This document shows, one piece after another, positions 26,463 through 37,700 of a DNA stretch of 45,156 nucleotides. The translations under genes were made by a program, and so were the position numbers. Origin of the DNA: an uncultured Collinsella sp. (GTDB lineage: Bacteria; Actinomycetota; Coriobacteriia; Coriobacteriales; Coriobacteriaceae); the NCBI GenBank assembly GCA_900752275.1, contig CAADUS010000012.1, positions 1-45,156 on the forward strand. The letters are read 5' to 3'. The notes below the pieces were generated by a model, which did not search any database, was not told the DNA's origin, and worked only from the letters and a program-made list of their open reading frames with translations. The stretch's first letter is position 1, and every line of letters begins with the position of its first letter.

Positions 26463-27527
26463 CTACGCGTGGAGACGGCGCTCGAGGGCCTCGGGGTAGT
26501 TGGCGTACTGGAGGGCAACGTCCGCATCGACAGAGCCGTTCTTGACGACGGCGTAGAGGGCCTGGTCCATCGTCTGCATACCGGCCTTGGTGCTCGCGGC
26601 GATGACGGAGTCGATCTGGTAGGTCTTCTCTTCGCGGATGAGGTTGCGGATGGCCGTGTTCATGGTCATGATCTCGAACACGGGCGTGACGCCGCCGTCC
26701 TTGGTGGGCACGAGCTGCTGCGCGACGCAGGCCTGGAGCACGAGCGAAAGCTGCGTGCGGATCTGGCGCTGCTGGCTCGCGGGGAAGGCGTCGACGATGC
26801 GCTCGACGGTGTCGGCGGCGCTGGTGGTGTGCAGGGTCGAGAGCACGAGCTGGGCCATCTCGGCGGCGGTTACGGCGGCGCCGATGGTCTCCGCGTCGCG
26901 CATCTCGCCGAGCATGATCACGCTCGGGCTCTCGCGCATGGCGGAGCGCAGCGCCTCGGCGTAGGTGGCGATGTCGGTGGGCACTTCTCGCTGCGTGACG
27001 ATGCAGGTCCCGTGGCTGTGGACGTGCTCGATCGGGTCCTCCATGGTGATGATGTGGCCGGAGCGCGAGTGGTTCATGCGGTCGATGATGCAGGTCAGCG
27101 TGGTCGACTTGCCGCTGCCCGCGGGGCCGGTGACGAGGACCATGCCCTTGCTCACATTGGCGAGCTTAAGGACGCTCTCGGGGATGTGGAGCTGCACGGG
27201 GTCGGGCAGGCCGAAGGGGATGACGCGGATGATCGCGCCGAAAGAGCCTCTTTGGCGGAAGATGTTCGCGCGGAATCGGCCGACGCCGGGCAGCGCGAAG
27301 CTGAAGTCCTCGTCGTGGTTGCTGTTGCGCTCAAAGAAGCTGATGTCGCGGCCGGCGATCTGGTAGATGGACCTGACGACGCTCTCGGTGTCGGCGAGCA
27401 TGAGCGGCTGGCCGTCGTCGCGAACCTGGACGCCGCTGGTCTGGTAGGTGAGGGGCAACCCCGCGATGAAAAAGACGTCGGATGCGTTGACCTCGATCAT
27501 CCGGGCGAGAAGTTCCTTGAGTTCCAT
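26463..27527 (-). CDS. pilT: PilT/PilU-family type IV filament ATPase
   Basis: ASDVF, GRFRANIFRQRG, GPAGSGKST (Walker A), TMEDPIE, LGEMRD, STLHT and the PilT motif AIRNLIRE; ATG 27527 after AAGGAG. Confidence 0.92.
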   Translation of the reverse strand: MELKELLARMIEVNASDVFFIAGLPLTYQTSGVQVRDDGQPLMLADTESVVRSIYQIAGRDISFFERNSNHDEDFSFALPGVGRFRANIFRQRGSFGAIIRVIPFGLPDPVQLHIPESVLKLANVSKGMVLVTGPAGSGKSTTLTCIIDRMNHSRSGHIITMEDPIEHVHSHGTCIVTQREVPTDIATYAEALRSAMRESPSVIMLGEMRDAETIGAAVTAAEMAQLVLSTLHTTSAADTVERIVDAFPASQQRQIRTQLSLVLQACVAQQLVPTKDGGVTPVFEIMTMNTAIRNLIREEKTYQIDSVIAASTKAGMQTMDQALYAVVKNGSVDADVALQYANYPEALERRLHA

Positions 27528-27544
27528 GATTGTCTCCTTATCGC

Positions 27545-28087
27545 TTAGTTGCTTGCGGAGCCGGTGGCGGCGCCGGAGCCGCCCCAAAGGTTCTGCTGAG
27601 TTTGGGCCTGAGTCGTCGAGGTCTTCCAAGAACTGACCGTGTAGGTTAGGTCGTCGTTCACGGCGACCTCCGCGTCGAGCTCGCGGCCGTCCGTGGTCTT
27701 GATGGTAAAGCTGATATTGGCGTCTTTGACGTCAGCGTTGATCTGAACGTCATCCACGCCGGAGAGCTCGAGCGCGCGCGATTGGATGCTGGGCATGACG
27801 AGCTGGACGCGCGAGGCGGCGACGCCGGCGGACTCGTGCGCGCTCCGGCTTTGGGCGAGCTGCGAATCGATGGCGGCGAGCATGCCCTGCCCCGCGGCGT
27901 CGACCTCGTAAAGTCCGGTGGCCGAGTCGGCCTGGCGCGACGCGGTGCTCGCGGTGGCGCGAGCCGTGGTCACGCACAGCACGCTGAGGACGGCCAGCAA
28001 AAGCACCGAGACGAGCGTGATGAAGCTCACGATGCCGATGCGGACGTTCCCGCCGGAGCCGCGACGTGTGTCCTTCTTTGTCGACAT
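27545..28087 (-). CDS. Pilin-like protein (PilX-like N-terminus)
   Basis: Basic leader, then G-IVSFITLVSVLLLAVLSVL hydrophobic helix with no Glu5, then an Ala-rich helix; operon context. Confidence 0.6.
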   Translation of the reverse strand: MSTKKDTRRGSGGNVRIGIVSFITLVSVLLLAVLSVLCVTTARATASTASRQADSATGLYEVDAAGQGMLAAIDSQLAQSRSAHESAGVAASRVQLVMPSIQSRALELSGVDDVQINADVKDANISFTIKTTDGRELDAEVAVNDDLTYTVSSWKTSTTQAQTQQNLWGGSGAATGSASN

Positions 28088-28546
28088 CTACCTCGCCTCC
28101 TTAACGTAGCGCGACGCGTCAAGCGCATAGACCTCGGACGCGGAGTCTCCCTCGCCGCTGGTAATGATGACGCGCGCGGTGTAGAACTTGCCTTTGCCGG
28201 AGTCCTGCTGCCGCACGCTGACGTTGACGTGGAGGTCGCCTTCGTCGGCGTCGCCCATGGCAACGCCTCGGCCGACCTTCTTGCCGGCGGCGACCGCGGC
28301 GGGGTCGGACGAGAACTCCTCGGCCGCGGACTGGGCCATCTGCACCGCGGAGGATTTCATCCCCGCGTCGCGCGAGACGGCGAGCGACTTGGCAAAGAGG
28401 GACGAGAAGACCGCCATCGCCGCGACGATGGCGACGAGCAACACGAGCGACTCGACCACGAAGGCCGCGTTCGCCCATGTAGAGGAGGCTGCGCGCGGGG
28501 CGGAGTCCGCCAGCTCGATATCTTCGACCTGGGGTTTTCTGGCCAT
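28088..28546 (-). CDS. Pilin-like protein (PilV/GspI-like)
   Basis: NA-AFVVESLVLLVAIV degenerate class III signal (Glu at +5), then AVQMAQSAAEE helix. Confidence 0.6.
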   Translation of the reverse strand: MARKPQVEDIELADSAPRAASSTWANAAFVVESLVLLVAIVAAMAVFSSLFAKSLAVSRDAGMKSSAVQMAQSAAEEFSSDPAAVAAGKKVGRGVAMGDADEGDLHVNVSVRQQDSGKGKFYTARVIITSGEGDSASEVYALDASRYVKEAR

Positions 28547-28547
28547 C

Positions 28548-29117
28548 CTATTCGCCTCCCTGCATGTTGCGCAGGGCGACCTCGCAGGCGCCCTGGTCTG
28601 TGGTCAAGCACAGCAGCCCATTGGAGAACGAGTACGAGAACGTGTCCGACTCCGCGAGGACGGTGGCCGTGCCGGGGGAGTAGGGGCTGCCCTGCAGGGC
28701 ATACTCCTGAAGGATCTTCCCCTGGTAGAGGTACGTGCGGATCTCGTAGATCCCGGAATCCAGCTTCTGGATGACCACGAGGGAGCGGCCCTCGGGCCCG
28801 GTTCCCGCGGCGATGGAGCCGGAGGCGTCGTTGGCGCGGACGCTGTTGGCAATGAGCTCGAGGCTCTCGCGGTTGGCGTTGGCCGACTCCTGCCTGCCCG
28901 CGACGCTGCTGTAGGTGCGCACGCCAAATACAAGGGCGATGAGCAGCAGGCCAAAGAGCACGGCAAGAAAGACTCCCGGGAAAATGCGGGCGACAGAAGA
29001 GGGCTTCTCGTCGCTGAGCTCGACGCGGGCGACGTTGACGAGGGCGTTGACGCGGTCCGCGTCGCGTGGCGCGGCGGAGCCCGAGATTCCCGCGTTGTTT
29101 GCGTTCATGCTGCTCAT
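28548..29117 (-). CDS. Pilin-like protein resembling DUF4860
   Basis: ATG 29117 overlaps the upstream stop (ATGA); single TM, then GVRTY..., IANSVRAND, YLYQGKILQEY. Family recognised from memory. Confidence 0.6.
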   Translation of the reverse strand: MSSMNANNAGISGSAAPRDADRVNALVNVARVELSDEKPSSVARIFPGVFLAVLFGLLLIALVFGVRTYSSVAGRQESANANRESLELIANSVRANDASGSIAAGTGPEGRSLVVIQKLDSGIYEIRTYLYQGKILQEYALQGSPYSPGTATVLAESDTFSYSFSNGLLCLTTDQGACEVALRNMQGGE

Positions 29118-29440
29118 CGGGGCGCCACCGCCACGGAGGGGACGATGTTGTCCGCGAAGCACTCGTAGGTGATGATGTAGTCGTCGTGGTTGATGGTCAG
29201 GCCGTAGTCGTCCTCAAGGTGCTGCAGGTCGGAGGGGTAGCTCCCTTCGATGGCGGCACATTGTTTGGCGGCGTTGAGGATGGACTCGCGCAGCGCCGCC
29301 GCGCCCTGGACGCGGGCGTTCCGGCGCGCCACGCCCGCGCAGGCGACGACAACGGCTACGATCGTCGCCGCGCACGCGGCGACGATGGCGATGCGCCTGC
29401 GCCTGCGCTTCTCCTCGGTGTATGTGATCTCGTGGAACAT
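29114..29440 (-). CDS. Small pilin/pseudopilin-like protein (GspG-like head)
   Basis: KRRRRR leader, hydrophobic helix, then AAKQCAAIEGSYPSDLQHL; no G|FxxxE motif. Confidence 0.6.
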   Translation of the reverse strand: MFHEITYTEEKRRRRRIAIVAACAATIVAVVVACAGVARRNARVQGAAALRESILNAAKQCAAIEGSYPSDLQHLEDDYGLTINHDDYIITYECFADNIVPSVAVAPR

Positions 29441-29473
29441 CGATCGATCTTCTCCTTAGTGAATGACGCGCCG

Positions 29474-30538
29474 CTAGCCGATGGAGCTCATGATGCCCAC
29501 GAGCGGCATCATGACGGCGATGAGCGTGGCGCTCACGGCAATGGTCAAGAAGACCGCGAGCATCGGCTCGACCGTGTCTACCAGGGAGTCGATCTGCATG
29601 GTCGCGTCGTCAAAGAAGACGTCCGAGAGGCTGCCGAGCGCGTCGTCGGCCGAGCCGGAGCGCGTGCCCACGAGCAGTATGCGGGCGTACACCGGCTCGA
29701 AGATCTGGTTCTCCGCGATGGCCTGCGGGAGACTGCGGGGGTTGTCGAGATTGGTCATGCTGGCGTGGGCCGCGGAGATCTTCTTCGAGAGCTCGGCGTG
29801 GTCGACGGTCTGCGCGGCTCGCTCCAGCGCCTGCTCCTCGTGGACGCCCGAAGCGATGTAGGCGGCCAGCGCGCTGGTGAAGCGTGAGAGGGCGAGCTGG
29901 TAGAGCGCCTTGCTCGTGGCGGGCAGCTTCTCGAGGAGCTTCACGACCTTGATGCGGCCGGACTCGTGGCGGGCCATCGCGGCGAGCACCAGGACGGCGA
30001 TCGTCGCCGCCAGCACGACGGCGAACGCGATCCACCCGACGACCATCGAGACGCCGACGGAACCGAACGAGCCCGAGGTCAGCGAGCCGGCGATATCGGA
30101 GTAGACCTTCGTGAAGGTGGGCAGGATGACGACTACGGTGAAGGCGAGGATCACGCTCATGATGCACAGGAGCGCGGCCGGATAGCCCACGGCGGTCTGG
30201 AGTTTGGCGAACATGCGGCTCTCGGAGCCGTAGTAGCGCGCGAGGCTGCGCAGGACGCGGTCGGTGCGGCCGGACGCTTCGCCGACGCGAACCATGCTGA
30301 CGGCGTAGGGCGGGAAGGCGCCCGTGGCCTCCATCGCGTCGGCGAGGCCCCCGCCGGATATGAGATGGGAGTAGGCCTGGTCGCAGACGTCCTTAAAGTA
30401 GGACTCCTCGCGGTTCTCTGCGAGCAGGTGAACAGCCTCCTCGATCTGAACTCCGGCGGTGAGCATCGTCGAGATACTCCCGCAGAAGGCGCCGATCGCG
30501 CTGCTCTCCAATAGTTTGTCGGCCATTGCTGCTCCCAT
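29474..30538 (-). CDS. pilC: Type II secretion F / PilC-family platform protein
   Basis: Two T2SSF repeats (FCGSISTMLTAGV...FPPYAVSMVRVGEASG...YP and FTSALAAYIASGV...VGTRSG...VEP) with TM segments. Confidence 0.9.
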   Translation of the reverse strand: MGAAMADKLLESSAIGAFCGSISTMLTAGVQIEEAVHLLAENREESYFKDVCDQAYSHLISGGGLADAMEATGAFPPYAVSMVRVGEASGRTDRVLRSLARYYGSESRMFAKLQTAVGYPAALLCIMSVILAFTVVVILPTFTKVYSDIAGSLTSGSFGSVGVSMVVGWIAFAVVLAATIAVLVLAAMARHESGRIKVVKLLEKLPATSKALYQLALSRFTSALAAYIASGVHEEQALERAAQTVDHAELSKKISAAHASMTNLDNPRSLPQAIAENQIFEPVYARILLVGTRSGSADDALGSLSDVFFDDATMQIDSLVDTVEPMLAVFLTIAVSATLIAVMMPLVGIMSSIG

Positions 30539-30558
30539 CGACTAACCAGTTTTACGAG

Positions 30559-31506
30559 TCAGTATACATACCGCGGCGTGTATTCCTCGCCGCTGCCTAC
30601 GTATTTGGTCGCGCCGCCGGCCGCGAAGGTGAGGTCGACGCGTGACCAGGTGTTGCTCTGCACATCGAAGTGGGCCGAGCTCCAGGTACCGTCTATGTAG
30701 ACCTCGATCCAAGCGTGGTAGATGTTGTCTGGGCTCACGTTTCCGGTAACGATGCGCGCAGGGATCCCCTGACTGCGCAACATTGCGGCTCCCAAGGACG
30801 CATAGTCGAAGCAGATCCCCTTGCCGTCGGCGAGCGTGGCGTCGGGGTCGGGAACGTAGCCCGTGGCATCCTTGAGCTGGGAGGCCTTGTCCTCGTCGTA
30901 GGTGACGTTCTGGGTTATGTAGTCGCAGATCGCGGCGAGGGCGGCTCCTTGGTTATCCGCGCCCGACACGAGCTCGCGGGCGCGCGCGACGCAGTTGGAG
31001 TTGGCACTGTAGCTGCAGACGACGTTGGGCCGCAGGTACGGCGCGAATTCGTCGGTGAGCTCCGCTGCGACCTCCGTGCGGGCGAGCTCAACGTAGCTGT
31101 TGCCGGACGTGTTCTGCATCACTCGGACGATGTAGGTGGTGTTTCCCGAGGTTAAAGGTGCGATTATGGGGGTCCCATCGGTCGGTATGTCGTAGCTTTG
31201 GGTAGTGTCTCCGGCGGACACGAGCAACTTCAACCTCGAACTCGCTGTGGCGGAGGCGCCGACGTAGCCGTCCGCGGCGTGGGAGACGTCGATAAGCGCG
31301 CCGTTCGCGCCGGTCGCCGCGCCTTCGCTGAATTCCGAGTCGGCAGGCAGCGAGGCGGCGGGTGTGAAGGCTGCGCCCGAGGTGGACTCGCCGCCACCGC
31401 CGGAGCCCCCGCATGCTACGAGCGTGGTAGGGGCGCAAACCGCCATGGCTGCGGCCAGCAAGGCCGATACCAGCTGTTTTGCATATATGTGAGCACCAGT
31501 TCGCAT
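30559..31506 (-). CDS. Transglutaminase-like lipoprotein
   Basis: Signal peptide with lipobox LVAC followed by GGSGGGG; GICFDYASLGAAMLRSQGIPA (Cys), YHAWIEVY (His), RVDLT (Asp). Confidence 0.88.
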   Translation of the reverse strand: MRTGAHIYAKQLVSALLAAAMAVCAPTTLVACGGSGGGGESTSGAAFTPAASLPADSEFSEGAATGANGALIDVSHAADGYVGASATASSRLKLLVSAGDTTQSYDIPTDGTPIIAPLTSGNTTYIVRVMQNTSGNSYVELARTEVAAELTDEFAPYLRPNVVCSYSANSNCVARARELVSGADNQGAALAAICDYITQNVTYDEDKASQLKDATGYVPDPDATLADGKGICFDYASLGAAMLRSQGIPARIVTGNVSPDNIYHAWIEVYIDGTWSSAHFDVQSNTWSRVDLTFAAGGATKYVGSGEEYTPRYVY

Positions 31507-31788
31507 TTGGAAAGAAGTATAGCCCGAAGGAAGGGAAGAGGCGCACGGGTACAGGGCCCGGCGAGGGCGTGCGCCGCGCGTGGAGCCCCGTCAGAACACC
31601 CCTCGTCGCCGCTGCCCGAAAATAACCGTCAACCTGCGGTTTCGGTGAGTTAAACACGCGATTTCGTGGCTTTTTGCTGGTATCATAAAATCTTTATATG
31701 CTCAAATGGAGACTTCTCTATCTGAGCAGCATAGAAAGGCATATTTGGTCATCCGCGGGGACGCCCGCGAAGGCTAATGAGGTGGACT

Positions 31789-34700
31789 ATGAAGAAGAAC
31801 GCGCACGATCAGAACAACCGCCGCCCCGGCGAGGCTTCGGTTGGCCGCAAGGCATTCTCGGTTGTGATGTCCGGCCTGCTCGTGTGGTCGCTGTGGCCCG
31901 CGAACGCGACCGTGGCAATTGCTGATGAGCTCACGGGCGGAGAGGAGGTTGCCGCCCAGGCGGAGCCCGAGCCTCAGGCGGAGGAGACCCCCGTACAGGA
32001 GGTCGAGAGCGCCCCGGAGCCCGAACCCGAACCGGAACCGGAGCCTCAACCTGAACCTGAGCCTCAGGCCGAGCCCGCGCCCGCGCCGGAGCCTCAAGCG
32101 CCGGCGGCCGCTGCCCAGGAGGAGCCCGAGCAGGAGGTCGACCAGACCCCGAAGCAGGCCGACGTCGCGCTCGACCTCGGCAACGCAACCCTCGTGTACA
32201 GCGGGCAGAACCTGAACAGCCCCTCCACCAAGCTCACCGTCCCCACGAGCGCCGACCTCAAGTTCACCGTCGCCGCGCACGACGGCTATGAGCTCAAGCG
32301 CGTCCGCGCCAACATCGGCGGCTCGGTGTCCGAGCTGAACGCCGATGCCAACGGCGTCTACACCGTGAGCGCCGCACAGCTCCTCGAGGGCGTGGGCATC
32401 ACCCTCGGCGCCGAGGAGATCCCGCAGAAGGACGAGCAGACTTCGGCTGACGCCACCCCCATCGACGCAACGAGCGTCATCTCTGCTGACGAGCAGGGTG
32501 CGGGCACGATCTCCGGCGAGAACACCGTGGCCCAGGGCGATAGCATCACGCTTACCTACAACGGCGACATGACCATCTACGATTGGTACGGCGGCGACGG
32601 GCTGTTCCCCGGCTGGGATGTTTCCAGCGACAAGAAGACCCTCAAGCTGACGGCCACCGATAACTGGGCCTTCAACGGGTCTTCGAAGACCACCACTATT
32701 TACCTCGGCTATATCGATAAACAGGGCGTGTGGCACAACCAGGGCGACGATCGTCTCAAGTTCGACGTCACCGTCACCAAGCGCGGGTTTACGGTCGTGA
32801 CGCCCGAGCCCGTCGCGGAGGGCGAGGACCACTTCTGGATTCCGCAGATCAGGGATAACGAGACCGGCGACATCATTAACCTTGAGGGGAATAAGGACGG
32901 CGACGCGCCGGCCGGAGCATACACGCTTGAGTATTATCGCGATGGCGTGAAGATCCAGAATGCATCTCAATACTGGCATGATGCGAACGAGTTCAAAAAG
33001 CCCGGAACGTACACCGTGGTCGTCAAACCGAACAGCGGTTGGATTTATGACTTCGGCGATAGCGGCTCGATCACCATCACTATTCCTACGGCTGGCCAGG
33101 ACAACAACGGCAACAGCAATGGCGGTACCGACAGCAGCAATGGTGACACCAATCACGTCCTACCCACCCAGCCCGCGAAGTCCGTTGCGATTTCCGGTTC
33201 CGATACCGTTGCGCAGTTCTCCAGCACTCGGCTGACGGCGACGGTCGATCCCCAGGGTGCTTCGGGGACCTTTGAGTGGTCTTCTTCCAACGATGACATC
33301 CTGACGGTCGATAACAACGGCAACGTCACCGGCGTCCGCCAGGGCACGGCAACGGTCACGGTTACGTTCAAGAACGATGCCGACGGTTCGACGGTCACCG
33401 CATCCAAGGACGTGACGGTCGTCGCGACCAGCACGTCGACCGATCGGGCGACGGTCTACTACCTGCTCGACCCGACCAAGGATGCAAACTCCAACGACCA
33501 AGGCAACTGGGGCCCCGCCTACGGCATCGCGACGGTGAACACCAACGGCGCCACGTGGTCGGGCAACAGGAACTGCTTCGACAACGTTGACCAGCGCGTG
33601 GTCTCTTGGCCGAACGGCACGAACATCGTGCTGAGGAACTCTTCTGCGTGGAAGCAGATCTACCAGAACTACAAGGCGACCATCCAGGCGCAGCTCCCGG
33701 GCGTTAATTTCACCGAGGACGATGTGGAGGAGATTTCCCTCGTCCCGGCAAAGATCTCGAGGAACAACGGGACCAACCCGGACAAGCACCTCGACTGCAA
33801 CGTTTCCATCAAGTGCAAGAACGTCTCGCTCGTGAAGTATTACCTGCGCGACGCGGGCAGCACTCAATTCACCCAGAAGGGCTCCAAGAACTATGTGTCC
33901 GGCAGCACCACCAAGCCGTCTGACGTAACGAACGAGCAGTTCCCCTCGACCAAGAAGGTAGGCGGAACCACCTACACCTTCTCTGGGTGGTACCTGGACC
34001 AGAACTTCACTCAGCCGGTGACGTTCCCGTATACGGTCAACGGCTCCGTCAATTTCTACGCGAAGTATGTCGGTGGTTTCCAGGTTATCTACGACCTCGA
34101 TGGCGGTACGTGGGGCAACTCCGACGCAACCATGTACTCTGCGCAGGAGGGCTCTACCCAGACGGTCAAGAGCGAGCCCACCCGCGAGGGTTGCAAGTTC
34201 ACCGGTTGGACGGTTGAGGGTTTGCCCGATACCACGACGATCAACAGCGGCGCCACCTTCACCATGCCTGCCGGCAACGTGACCATCAAGGCTAACTGGC
34301 AGAAGCTCGAGTCCTACGTGGTGAAGTACCAAGAGGTCGGCACGAACGATGAGCTGGCCGACTCCGTGACTTGTTATGGCGAGAAGGGCGTCAAGCAGAC
34401 CGAGACCGCCAAGACTATCGATGGTTATCACCTGGTGAACAACGGCGAGCAGTATTGCCCGGACACCATCGAGCATACGTTTGACGAGGGCGACAACACG
34501 GTCATCTTCTGGTACGAGAAGGACGCCGCCGAGTACACGGTCAACTACTACCTGAACGGCACCGAGCAGAAGGTCGCGGACTTCGAGACCAAGAGCGCCG
34601 CATGGGGCTCCGAGATCAAGGCGTCCGATGTCGCGAAGAGCATCTCTGGTTACACCGCGGTTCCCGATCAGGACGCTGCCATCACCGTTAACCGCCATGG

Positions 34701-37700
34701 CAACAACATTATTAATGTGTACTACTACCAGAACGTCGATCTTACGGCCAACTCCGACACCAAGACCTACAACGGCAAGGAGCAGAGCGTCTCTGGTTTC
34801 ACGGGCGCGCCCGGCGGCGCGGACTTCTCTGCGATTCAGGTCGGTGCTTCCGGCACCAACGCCGGCTCGTATCCTGCCAACTTTGCTGACGGCACCATCG
34901 GCACCGTTGACGGAAGCGGAAAGTACATCGTCAACAGCGTGCAGAACGGTCGGCTTGTGATCAACCCCGTCACCGACGAGGTGACCATTACCGTCACCGG
35001 TCACAACGGTGGCGAGAAGTACAACGGCAACGAGCAGACCGTCACCGGTTATGACGTCTCTGGCCTGCCCGCCGGCATGAGCGAGGACGACATCAAGTTC
35101 AGCGGCACCGCGGAAGCCAAGGGCACCGATGCCGGTACTTATGCGATGGGCCTGAACGAGAGCCAGTTCTCTACCAGCAACGGCAACTACACCAACGTCA
35201 AATTCAATATCACTGACGGCGAGCTCAGCATCGCCAAGCGCACCGTTGTCCTTACGTCCGAGGACGGCCATAAGAACTATGACGGCAAGACGATCCGGCG
35301 CCGTACCGATGTTGGCAAGAACGTCGGCGGCGACGGCTTTGTTGGCGATGACAGTGTCCTGTCGAAGGACAAGCTCACTTGGTACGACGAGAACAACATC
35401 CTTCCCGGTGAATACGAGAACAAGTTCGATCCTGCGTATACGCCGTCCACCAACCTCGACAACTATGATGTCCAACTTGTTTTTGGCAAGCTGGTAGTCA
35501 ACGCACGTTCCGATAAGGACAAGTACCAGGTCACAGTTACCGCCAGCTCGGACACGAAGACTTACGACGGGAACGAGCACACGGTTTCCGGCGTGACGGG
35601 TACCACCTATACCAACGATAAGGGCGCGACCTTCACCATCGAGGGGCTGAGCGCTACTGCCTCCGGAACCGATGCTGGTACGTATGAAAACAAGGTCACT
35701 GGAACCCCCGTGGTCAAGGATGCCAACGGCAACGATGTGACCAGCCAGTTCAACGTAACTACGCAAGACGGCTCTCTCACTATCGAGAAGCGCGAAGTGA
35801 CCATCAAGCCGCAGGATGCAAGCAAGACCTATGATGGCAGCGCGCTCGTGGCCACCGATTGGGAGGTTGCCCCCGGTTCCGCCAACCAGTTCGTTAGCGG
35901 GCAGGGTATCGCCGACCCCAAGTTCTCCGGCTCCCAGACCGAGCCCGGCGCGAGCAACAGCTCGATTTCCGAGTGGGGTTACCAGGACGGCACCAAGGCA
36001 GACAACTACAACATCAAGACTGCCGAGGGCACTCTGAACGTGACCTCTCGCGGCGCCACCGAGACGATCACGGTCGAGGCCAATTCCGCTAAGGCTACGT
36101 ACGACGGATCCGAGCACTCTGCCAAGGGCCTCAAGACGAATAAGTTCACGGTGGACGGACATGAGTACACGGTGTCCGGCCTTACGACCGAGGACCCGGC
36201 GCAGACCGATGCTGGTACCTATACCAACAACATCACCGGTGTGGCCAAGGTGACGGATGATGCCGGCCACGATGTGACGAGCGAGTTCAAGGTCGAGACC
36301 AAGAACGGCACCCTCTCCATCGCAAGGGCGGAGGCGACGATCGCTCCGAAGGACGCGTCCAAGCCGTATGACGGGCAGCCGCTCTTCGCCACCGAGTTCA
36401 CCTCGACCGGTTTTGTCGGCAACGACGGCGTGACAAACGTCACGTTCGGCGGGTCTCAGACCGAGGCCGGAAAGAGCGAGAGCTCCATCGTCAGCTATGA
36501 GGCGGCCGACGGCACCAGCCTGAACAACTACAACATTACTAAGGGGAATGGCAACCTTGAGGTGACCGCTTCCGAGGCAGAGGTTGTCGTCAAGGTTCGC
36601 GGTAACTCAAAGTCCGAGAAGTACAACGGCGTCGAGCAGGGCGTGAGCGGCTATACGGTCACCGGTGTGACCGTTGATGGCCAGGACTACGCTCAGTATG
36701 GAGCGGTCGCGGGCGCCGACTTCACCTTCTCGGGTACCGATACCGCCAAGCGCACCGATGCCGGCACAACCGGCATGGGGTTGAAGGCCGAGCAGTTCAC
36801 CAACATCAATAAGAACTTCTCGAATGTGACCTTTGAGGTCGAAGACGGCTCTATGACCGTCACCAAGCGCGAGGTGACCCTGACCTCCGCGACCGACAGC
36901 AAGACCTATGACGGCACGGCCCTTACCAACAGCAACGTGGTTGCATCGGGCGACGGCTTCGTTGACGGCCAGGGCTTCAAGGCGGACGTCACCGGATCCC
37001 AGACCAACGCTGGTTCCAGCGACAACGTCTTTACCTATAAGCTCACGGGAGGTGCGACCGAGGGCGAGGGCGGCAACTATGTCATCACAAAGAAAGAGGG
37101 CAAGCTGACCGTCGACCCGATCCAGACGCAGATCGTCGTCACCATCGTCGGCAAGACCGCATCCGCCACCTATGACGGCAAAGAGCACAAGGCGGAGGGC
37201 TATAGCTTCTCTTCCAACAACAACCTGTTCACTGAGGACAAGGTCTCCTTCTCTGGTGCTTCCGAGGCCTCTCGCACCGATGCCGGCAAGACGGATATGG
37301 GCCTGAAGGCCGAGCAGTTCTCCAGCGCAGACGCGACGAACTTCACCAATGTCGTCTTTGACGTGACCGACGGCTATGTCGACATCGCCAAGCGCGACGT
37401 TACGCTCAAGTCCGCCGACCTGAGCAAGCCGTACGACGGCACCGCCCTCACGAACGGAGAGACCGCCCTCGAAACGGAGAAGGGTTTTGTCGAGGGCCAG
37501 GGCGCGACCTACGAGTTCACGGGCTCCCAGACGCTCGTCGGCTCCAGCGCCAACGCGTTCAGCTACAAGCTCAAGGACAACACCAAGGCAGATAACTACA
37601 ACATCGCCAAGACCGAGGGCGCGCTGACGGTCACCAACCGTGACGCCAAGTACGAGATCACGGTCAAGGCTAATTCCACGACCGTCACCTATGACGGCAA

